In this document: positions 19,047-25,995 of the stretch, piece by piece
How positions within the stretch are numbered: the first letter of the stretch is position 1
How the letters are laid out: each line of letters begins with the position of its first letter
Origin: an uncultured Spirochaetales bacterium
GTDB taxonomy: Bacteria; Myxococcota_A; UBA9160; UBA6930
DNA length: 64,000 nt
NCBI GenBank assembly: GCA_964615365.1
Contig: CAZTOU010000011.1
Coordinates: forward strand, 29,671-93,670
Direction: 5' to 3'
The notes under the pieces: model-generated
What the model was told of the DNA's origin: nothing
Database searches by the model: none
The model's input: the letters and a program-made list of their open reading frames with translations, nothing else
Made by a program: the position numbers and the translations under genes

Positions 19047-19202
19047 TTACACAACCGGCATTTGGGGAGCGCCCGGATGCCGTGGAGAACGTGTAGACCG
19101 ATGGACGAACGCCTCGGCCTGCTGCACCTCGGCGACCAGCTCGCGAGGTGTCTGCGGTGCGCCGCCGAGCGTGTAGAAGCCTAGCTCGTTCATCCGTTCC
19201 AT
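19047..19202 (-). pseudogene. N-terminal relic of a luciferase-like (LLM) oxidoreductase
   Basis: A 51-codon ORF with a good SD (gaggag). The first ~32 aa (MNELGFYTLGGAPQTPRELVAEVQQAEA) match the usual LLM/F420-type N-terminus; the sequence then degenerates into Arg/Pro-rich nonsense and stops. Confidence 0.35.
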
Positions 19203-19385
19203 CGGTTTCTCCTCGAGCGATGCGGGGGGCCGTTCGCCGCTTTCATGGTACTGCAGCGAACCGTACTCAGGCGCTCAGAAATGGAAAGGACGTCGAGATC
19301 TTCGATTGCGACCGCTGGGCAACGGGGTACGCCCCTGGATGTGCACCTGATAGACTCGTCCGGGCGAAGACGGAGGTTCGAAGCG

Positions 19386-20585
19386 ATGTCCGACTCCCTC
19401 GCGAAGTGCTTCTCCCCAGCGACGCTCGCCGGTCTCGAGCTCCGGAACCGGGTCATCAAGGCCGCGACGTTCGAGGGCATGTGCCCGGACGGCGTACCGA
19501 GCGAGCGCCTGTTCGAGCATCATCGCGAGGTGGCGGAGGGCGGCGTGGCTATGACGACCCTGGCCTATTGCGCCGTGGAGGCGGATGGCCGGGTCAAGCG
19601 CGAGATGATGTACATGCACGAAGGCATCCGGCCTCAGCTCGGACGCCTGGCACGCGAGGTCCACGAAGCGGGCGCGAAGCTCTCCGGTCAGATGGGGCAC
19701 TGCGGCAATTTCTCGCAGAACGCCGATTTCCGGGGTAAGCGCCCCCTGGGTCCGTCACGCATGCTCAATCTGGGCGGTCTCCCCGTCGGTCTCCCCTTCG
19801 CTGGAGCAATGAAGCACTCGGACATCGATCGCCTGGTGGATCTGTTCCGCAAGGCCGCGGCCTTCATGAAATCGGTGGGCTTCGACGCGCTGGAGATCCA
19901 CTTCGGGCACGGCTACGGCTTGAGCCAGTTCATCAGCCCCAAGACCAACAAGCGAAGTGACGAGTATGGCGGCAGTCTGGTCAACCGAATGCGCCTGCCG
20001 CTGCGGGTGCTCGAAGCCGTGCGCGAAGCGGTGGGAGACGACTTCCCGATTCTCGGCAAGATGGGGCTGACCGACGGCGTGAAGGGCGGCTTGAAGGAAG
20101 ACGAAGCCATCGACGTCGCCGCACTTCTCGACGAAGGGGGGATCGATGCCCTCATCCCGAGCGGGGGCACGAGTAGTATGAACCCGATGCTGCTGTTTCG
20201 CGGCGACAGCTTGCAGAACGGCCTGATCGAGCAGGAGAAGAACCCGCTGATGCGCCTTGCCCTCAGGATGTACGGCTCCTCCTTCTTCAAGGAATATCCG
20301 TACGAAGAGCTCTACTTCCTGGAGGGTGCGAAGCGAGTTCGCGATCGCATCAAACGCGCCAAGGTCGTCTACGTCGGCGGCGTGAGCACCCTGGAGAGCA
20401 TCGAGACCGCGATGCAGGAGTTCGAATTCATCCAGATCGGCCGCGCCCTCTGGAAGGACCCTGCCTTCGTGAACCACGCAAAGACCGACCCCGGCTACGT
20501 CAATGGCTGCGACCACTGCAATCGCTGCGCCACCCTGATCGCCCACCCGGACGGCGTGCGCTGCGTGACGAACGACGGCGTCTGA
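19386..20585 (+). CDS. Old-Yellow-Enzyme-family NADH:flavin oxidoreductase
   Basis: ATG at 19386 (MSDSLAKCFSPATLAGLELRNRVIKAAT). Motifs HCG, FDALEIHFGHGYGLSQFISP.TN.R.DEYGGS and R.RL..EV. 399 aa. Confidence 0.88.
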   Translation: MSDSLAKCFSPATLAGLELRNRVIKAATFEGMCPDGVPSERLFEHHREVAEGGVAMTTLAYCAVEADGRVKREMMYMHEGIRPQLGRLAREVHEAGAKLSGQMGHCGNFSQNADFRGKRPLGPSRMLNLGGLPVGLPFAGAMKHSDIDRLVDLFRKAAAFMKSVGFDALEIHFGHGYGLSQFISPKTNKRSDEYGGSLVNRMRLPLRVLEAVREAVGDDFPILGKMGLTDGVKGGLKEDEAIDVAALLDEGGIDALIPSGGTSSMNPMLLFRGDSLQNGLIEQEKNPLMRLALRMYGSSFFKEYPYEELYFLEGAKRVRDRIKRAKVVYVGGVSTLESIETAMQEFEFIQIGRALWKDPAFVNHAKTDPGYVNGCDHCNRCATLIAHPDGVRCVTNDGV

Positions 20586-20666
20586 TTCAACTCCGGCGGG
20601 CGGATTCCGGGCCGCTGCGGATCGCGCATACTTGAGATCCCATCCAACACTCGGAAGGAACCCACA

Positions 20667-21209
20667 GTGAATGACAGCTCCTATACCCCGCCCAAGCTCT
20701 GGACCTGGGACGCCGAAAGCGGCGGGAGCTTCGCCAAGATCAACCGGCCCATCGCCGGTGCCACCCACGAGAAGGAGCTTCCGGTCGGCGAGCATCCCCT
20801 GCAGCTCTATTCGCTGGCGACGCCCAACGGCGTGAAGGTGACGGTGATGCTGGAGGAGCTGCTGGCCCTGGGCAAGGACGCAGAGTACGACGCGTATCTC
20901 ATCAACATCGGCGAGGGCGACCAGTTCGGGAGGGGCTTCGTCGCCGCGAACCCCAACTCCAAGATCCCGGCCATGGTCGACCACAGCACGTCGCCGCCCA
21001 CACGGATCTTCGAGTCGGGCGCCATCCTGGTCTACCTGGCCGAGAAGTTCGGCGTCTTCCTCGACGCGAAGTCCTACACGAACGTCGTGCGCTGGGCGAC
21101 CGAGATCCAGGAGCGCCCTGCTCTCCAGCGGGGCGAGCGCGTCAACAAGGCCTGGGGCCCTGAGGAGCTGCGCCTTTCCGAGCGCCACTCCGCCAGCGAT
21201 TTCGACTGA
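20667..21209 (+). CDS. Nu-class (YghU-like) glutathione S-transferase with internal in-frame deletion (probably non-functional)
   Basis: The N-terminal 133 aa and the last ~45 aa align, from my memory of E. coli YghU, with KVWTWD..GG.FA.INRP..G.THEK.LPVG.HPLQLYS..TPNG.KV..MLEELLALG and SY..V.RWA.E..ERPA..RG..VN......L.ERH.ASDF. The roughly 100 aa of helical domain in between is absent (180 aa here versus roughly 280-290 for the family). Confidence 0.7.
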   Translation: MNDSSYTPPKLWTWDAESGGSFAKINRPIAGATHEKELPVGEHPLQLYSLATPNGVKVTVMLEELLALGKDAEYDAYLINIGEGDQFGRGFVAANPNSKIPAMVDHSTSPPTRIFESGAILVYLAEKFGVFLDAKSYTNVVRWATEIQERPALQRGERVNKAWGPEELRLSERHSASDFD

Positions 21210-21273
21210 GGCGTCCTATTCGCCACGGATCAAAGGCGGCTTTGATTTCAAACGGCAGAAGAAAGAGACACCC

Positions 21274-22398
21274 ATGCAGAACAAAGAACTTCAAGTGAGG
21301 GCGCTCTTCGAGAAGATGCTCGAGGACACCGAGGAATATGCCCGGACATACGAACACTATGTCGCGGACATGAAGAATTACAGCGCCAAGGTTCAATGGA
21401 AACTCGGTTCCGTCAGCGGATATCAAGTCTTCAGGGGACCGGAGTATTCGTTCAGGATCGATGCAGAGATCGAAGATCCGGATGTCTTGATCGAATGCGA
21501 TGACCTCAGAGATGCCAAGCAGTTCTTCAGGGATGGTTTCGAAGACATGCGCGACCTTGCGAATGCTGATTTCGAGATTACGGCACCGAAATCGGCAAGT
21601 CCTGCTCTCGCCGATTCATGGAGGCTGGCGAGTGCTCTCGTAGCGAAGATGCCGGCTTTCAGACCCATCATGGAGAGAACAGAAGGAGCCCAGCACTCAA
21701 CGGCCGTGGCAATTCCAATCAACCAATCCCTGGGTGAATTCAACAACGAAATACTGCCTGTTGCAGTCGTTGAGCACTTTATCAACAAGGCAAGCCATAT
21801 CTTCCTCTACGATCTATGCCCGTGTCGAGTAATGCGGAAGTGCGAGCACTTCGATCACTACAGTTTCGGGTGTATGTGCCTGGGTAGGGGTGTTCTGAGA
21901 ATGAAGCCCAATGACGGCCTTATCGTACAGGGGCATATCGGCACGAAAGAAGAGGCATTGCAGCGCGCGCGAAAGGCCGTTGAGGTCGGGCTGATCCCAG
22001 GCTTCGGCAGGCTCAGAAGCGATGCCATCAACCGTATCGGTGGGCCTATCCCGGATACAGGGGACCTCTTCAATCTGTGCTACTGCTGCCCGTGTTGCTG
22101 CGTCTTGAAGGGCGTGAAGTATGCACCGAGCTACTTGCGATCGATCTTCGGGAGATTGGAAGGGCTGACTGTTGCAGCAGACGAGGAGCTCTGTACCGAC
22201 TGTGGAGATTGCGCTGAAGCCTGCATTTTCGGTGGGCTGGAGATGGTGGATGGCAAGCTGCAGCGGGACGACGAGAAATGCTTTGGCTGCGGCAGATGTG
22301 AGGCAGTGTGTCCAACTGGAGCGGTCAGCATTGCGCTGGAAGAAGGCAGCGTGGAAAGAATGATCGCCCGAATTGAGGCCCAGGTTGATGTTACTTAG
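21274..22398 (+). CDS. Cys-rich Fe-S protein: SCP2-like N-terminus, two unusual Cys clusters and a C-terminal 2x[4Fe-4S] ferredoxin domain (foreign, AT-richer gene)
   Basis: 374 aa. The C-terminus has CTDCGDCAEAC...CFGCGRCEAVCP (a dicluster ferredoxin). Upstream clusters are LCPCRVMRKCEHFDHYSFGCMCLG and NLCYCCPCCCV. Codons frequently end in A/T, unlike all neighbouring genes. Confidence 0.7.
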   Translation: MQNKELQVRALFEKMLEDTEEYARTYEHYVADMKNYSAKVQWKLGSVSGYQVFRGPEYSFRIDAEIEDPDVLIECDDLRDAKQFFRDGFEDMRDLANADFEITAPKSASPALADSWRLASALVAKMPAFRPIMERTEGAQHSTAVAIPINQSLGEFNNEILPVAVVEHFINKASHIFLYDLCPCRVMRKCEHFDHYSFGCMCLGRGVLRMKPNDGLIVQGHIGTKEEALQRARKAVEVGLIPGFGRLRSDAINRIGGPIPDTGDLFNLCYCCPCCCVLKGVKYAPSYLRSIFGRLEGLTVAADEELCTDCGDCAEACIFGGLEMVDGKLQRDDEKCFGCGRCEAVCPTGAVSIALEEGSVERMIARIEAQVDVT

Positions 22399-22433
22399 AC
22401 AGGCTCGAAAACCCGTTCACCCTAGTGGACGGT

Positions 22434-22519
22434 GGCTGATAGGGCAAACAGGCTGGGTTCTGGATCGACGTCCGAGTAGGGACGTTTTGTCAAACCCCTC
22501 CGGGGGTCCCCTCGGCGGG
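22434..22519 (-). mobile_element. Solo IS91/ISCR-family oriIS-like terminal sequence, copy 1
   Basis: 86 bp, about 95% identical to 24487-24570. The minus strand ends ...CCCAGCCTGTTTGCCCTATCAGCC, which resembles the conserved oriIS core of IS91-family elements as I recall it. Confidence 0.55.
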
Positions 22520-22530
22520 GCACGCCGTAA

Positions 22531-23352
22531 TTCGCGCTTCACGAGCCTCCCGACTACAAGTCGGCACGGCACGATCCCGACATCAACCGCTGCTTCTACA
22601 CCATCGTCGGGTACGAGAATGCGGAGCAGGTGTCCGAGTACATTCTCCAGGCGACGGGGGGGCGACCCCCGGAGCGGCCCGCCGCTGGCACCTGGGTGAA
22701 CACGCTCTGGGATCCCAGTCAGGCCCCGCCCGGCAAGCACTCCATGAACGGCTGGTACTTCTTCCCCCGGGCATCCGATCTGACTCCGGCCGAGTGGGAG
22801 GAGCTGAAGCAGACCTACAACGGCCGCTTCCTGGCGCTTTGGGAGAAGTACGCGCCCAACATGACCCGCGACAACGTGATCGCCGACGCGCTCTACACGT
22901 CCTTCGAAATCGAGCAGGAGATGGGCATGCGGGAGGGGGGCTTCGGCCACGGGCGGCCCAAGACGGGCACGCTGGGTCTGGAGGGGGTGGGAGACCGATC
23001 CATAGGCTACACGCGGACCGGCGTCGAAGGCCTCTATCTGTGCGAGGGAGAGCAGCGTTTCTTCGTCGTCCTGCTGAACGACGGAAAGTGCACGGAATAC
23101 TACGAGGTGGACGAGGCGCCGCCCCGCAAGGAGTTCGACTTCATCTTCGAGATCCCCGCCGCCATCTTCGAGGAGGTGGCCGCCGGAATCGTCGATCCGG
23201 TGGAGGTCGGTCTCAAGGGCACCATCAAGATCACCGGTGACATGCGCATCCTGATCCGGCACGCGGACCTCGTCAACGTCGTGCAGGAGGTCTACGCAAG
23301 AGAGGTGGAGACCACCTGGCCGAAGGCTCAGCCGCCGTACCCAAATCCGTAG
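22531..23352 (+). pseudogene. 3' fragment of a CrtI-like FAD-dependent oxidoreductase fused to a C-terminal SCP2 domain
   Basis: The frame opens at 22531, immediately after the oriIS-like repeat (stop at 22528-22530). It contains only the C-terminal oxidoreductase part (..GGFGHG.P......Y.T.VEGLYLCE) followed by an SCP2-like tail (FIFEIPAAIFEEVAAG..DPVEVGLKGTIKITGDM). The N-terminal FAD-binding GxGxxG half is absent. Confidence 0.6.
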
Positions 23353-23384
23353 CCGGGTCGGAGGGGCAGGGCGCCTATCTGCGG

Positions 23385-24212
23385 ATGACGGCTCGTAAAC
23401 GGCGCTATCCTCCTGTGATGGCTCGAGTACGTAGAGAGCGCTCGCGGCGCCCCTTCGTCCGCCGTGTACGACACGTCGTGAGACCGTTCATCTCGCACCC
23501 GCTATCCAGATTGGCGGCGCTCCTGGTTCCGCTCTTGTATGTGGCCTACATGCGTCTGGTGTGGGTGACGAGTCGTGTGGATCCAGGGAACTTTCCGGAC
23601 CTGCATCGGATCGCCGCCGAGCACGGTGGCGCAATAGGGCTGCTCTGGCACGAGGAGGTGATGCTCGGCCCCTTCACGTACGCCCGTCTCGGATTTCGGC
23701 CCCACACACTCGCGAGCCTCGGGGACGCGGGGGACGTCGCCACACGCACCGTCAAGATGCTCGGCTACGTCGTGTTCAGGGGCGGCTCCACCCGCAGATC
23801 CTCGCGGCGGCGGGAACACATCCTGAAGGACATGATCGAGCACATGAGCGCTCGCGATGACGTCATCTATGGACTCACCGTGGACGGCTCCAAGGGCCCA
23901 CCGTATCGCATGAAGACAGGGGGGATCGTGATCGCACGGGACTGTGGAAAGCCGATCATCCTGGCCCGCGTCTGGATCAAGCGATGCATGCGGTTGAACA
24001 CCTGGGACCGGACCGCGATCCCCCTGCCGTTCAACCGGATTTCCTGCTACCTGCGTGGACCCTACTTCGTCCCCGAGGATGCGCACTCCGAGGATGGGCT
24101 GGAGGCGTTTCGCGACCGACTCGAGGACGACCTGATCGATTTGGCGGTTCACAGCTACGAGGAGATGGGACATCCCAGGCCGGAGAACCTCGTCAAGCGA
24201 AAAGACAATTGA
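23385..24212 (+). CDS. DUF374-domain (lysophospholipid acyltransferase-like) protein
   Basis: 275 aa with an N-terminal basic/TM segment, then WHEE....P, RGGS.R....L..M and DG.KGP....K.GG...A patterns typical of DUF374. Confidence 0.6.
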   Translation: MTARKRRYPPVMARVRRERSRRPFVRRVRHVVRPFISHPLSRLAALLVPLLYVAYMRLVWVTSRVDPGNFPDLHRIAAEHGGAIGLLWHEEVMLGPFTYARLGFRPHTLASLGDAGDVATRTVKMLGYVVFRGGSTRRSSRRREHILKDMIEHMSARDDVIYGLTVDGSKGPPYRMKTGGIVIARDCGKPIILARVWIKRCMRLNTWDRTAIPLPFNRISCYLRGPYFVPEDAHSEDGLEAFRDRLEDDLIDLAVHSYEEMGHPRPENLVKRKDN

Positions 24213-24486
24213 TGACATCCTGCTGACTGCGATTCACCCATCCGGAGAAGATCGACATCCGCCGCACCCGAATCCGCAGCCGGGTCGGAGGGGCAGGGCA
24301 CCCCGGAAGTCGCGAGCCGCCTCGGCACCTCCTCCGAGCCAGGAGCCACGAGAGCAGCGGCATCAGCAGGGCCAGCTCGACGCCGAGGCCGCAGCCTCCG
24401 GCCTCGCCTGCACCCCACGACGCGATGCAGCCGGGGTCGACCTCGGCGATCGGTACGCCGCCGTTGACGGACGCACCGCCATCGAA

Positions 24487-24570
24487 GGCTGATAGGGCAA
24501 ACAGGCTGGGTTCTGGATCGACGTCCGAGTAGGGACGCTATGTCAAACCCCTCGGGGTCCCCTCGGCGGG
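24487..24570 (-). mobile_element. IS91/ISCR-family oriIS-like terminal sequence, copy 2 (attached to transposase relic)
   Basis: 84 bp matching copy 1. It lies about 170 bp downstream (on the minus strand) of the transposase C-terminal fragment, which is where oriIS sits in IS91-family elements. Confidence 0.6.
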
Positions 24571-24740
24571 ACGATTTCATCGTGCGGGGGCGCCACGGGC
24601 CCCTTGCATCGGCTGGGAAGGGGATCATCGGGACCTGTTGCTCGACTCGCGCCGAGTCGCGGGCGCAGAGGAGCCGTCTGGGACGTGGTGGGGTCGAAAG
24701 GGGCGGGCCATGGACGCCGCCTCTACTCATGCGGCGGGTG

Positions 24741-25365
24741 CTACGGCTTGTCGTAGGCCGGGGTCTGATCGAATTGCCAGGTGGCTTCTTCGTGGGCGTG
24801 ATCCGGACCGTCGTGTGCCGAAGCCGGCTCGAGCGGAGGGGCGCGGGCGGGGAGTCCTAGGCATTTGAGAATCTTGCGGGCGACCGCGGGGTCTTCGATG
24901 GCCGCCATGAGTCGGAGGGTGGATACGCAGCGGGGGCAACGAAGCGCGTCAATTTCGAACACGCGCTGGAGCAACAACGCCCAGCGGTTTCGTCTAGATG
25001 TCAATCGTGCCGGTCCATCGCAGGATGGTTCGCTCTCCGGCGACCCGGACTCCCCCTGGGCTGACTGCTCCGGTTCGGCCTCGCCGTCCCTCAATGCGGC
25101 GGAGCGATTCGCGCCAGCTGCAGCTGCCTCCATCGGGCCCGGTTGTTCTGCCGAGACCCGCGCGGCGGCGAAGCTCTGCGAAGAGCGCTCGAACGAAGGC
25201 ACGGAGCTCCTGCTCGACAAAGCAGGGAGCGGGCTGATCTCTGCCTCGTGCGCGAGTGAGGAAGGGCTCGAGGTTCTCTCGGACGACCTCGTGGAGCAGG
25301 GTGTGCTCGGGCTGGTGGCGTTGATACTCGACGGCGCAGGATCTTCGCGGGACCGAGTGCTCCAC
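24741..25365 (-). mobile_element. Degenerate IS91-family (Y2, rolling-circle) transposase gene: N-terminal Zn-binding-domain fragment joined to a C-terminal fragment, catalytic core deleted
   Basis: Frame A (24994-25365) reads HQPEHTLLHEVVRENLEPFL....CFVEQELRAF, resembling the start of the IS91 Zn-binding domain. Frame B (24741 to about 25010) reads RWALLLQRVFEIDALRCPRC..TLRLMAAIEDPAVARKILKCLGLPARAPP, a typical IS91-family C-terminus. The ~250-aa Y2 core between them is missing and the two pieces are in different frames. Confidence 0.7.
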
Positions 25366-25710
25366 GGGAATCGGAGCAACTTCGGTGCCAATTGAGAACG
25401 GGTCGTCGGGCGCCGCTCACGGGTCCACTGCTGCCCGCCAGGTCGTGCCGCGCAGCGAAGGCCTTGTCGAATCACGTGGAGCCGAACCGAGCCGTGAACT
25501 TCGGGGCACGACGCCGCTGTAACTCCGGGTACTCAGCAATCCCCTGATAGGGGTTCGAGAGGCTGCTCTGCCCACGCGGACAGTTATCATATCCGCGCTA
25601 TCGCATTGGAATCTCTGTGGCGCGGACCAGGTGCGGTTCAGGTGGACCCTGGTTCGGGCGGTTTGAATCCACCCTGGGCTCCTGACCAGACGCCCGGGCC
25701 GGCGAACCCT

Positions 25711-25743
25711 CAGACAAAAGCGCGGGCCCCGAAGGACCCGCGC
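25711..25743 (-). terminator. Rho-independent terminator of tRNA-Pro (part of double-hairpin module, copy A, 25711-25778)
   Basis: The minus strand reads GCGCGGGUCC-UUCG-GGGCCCGCGC followed by UUUUGUCUG, about 40 nt after the tRNA 3' end. It is preceded by a second hairpin GCAAGCCC-GGCA-GGGGUUUGC (25752-25772). Confidence 0.75.
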
Positions 25744-25783
25744 TATACTTCGCAAACCCCTGCCGGGCTTGCGTCTTTTCGGA

Positions 25784-25860
<77 letters not shown>

Positions 25861-25995
25861 ATGAGGAAACGATGGGGGGAATATGCCGACTTCCTTCCCC
25901 TCTCTCAAGTTTTCCGCCTACACTGGGCCGAAGTCGTCTCGGAGGTCGAGCTGGATCTAGCCGGAGCCGCAGATCCTTCCCGGTTCGCGCTGGTC

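Noticed and set aside
24310-24486. Minus-strand frame reading ...GAGEAGGCGLGVELALLMPLLSWLLARRR..., reminiscent of a MYXO-CTERM/PEP-CTERM-type sorting tail truncated by oriIS copy 2
   Set aside because: No stop follows the Arg cluster; the frame continues for more than 40 codons. The upstream part is cut off, and the match is only a short compositional pattern. This is too weak to call.
25620-25700. tRNA-like T-arm string ggtttgaatccaccc upstream of the tRNA-Pro terminator, considered as a tRNA fragment or att duplication
   Set aside because: I could not fold a T-stem or acceptor stem around it, and it does not match the 3' end of tRNA-Pro.
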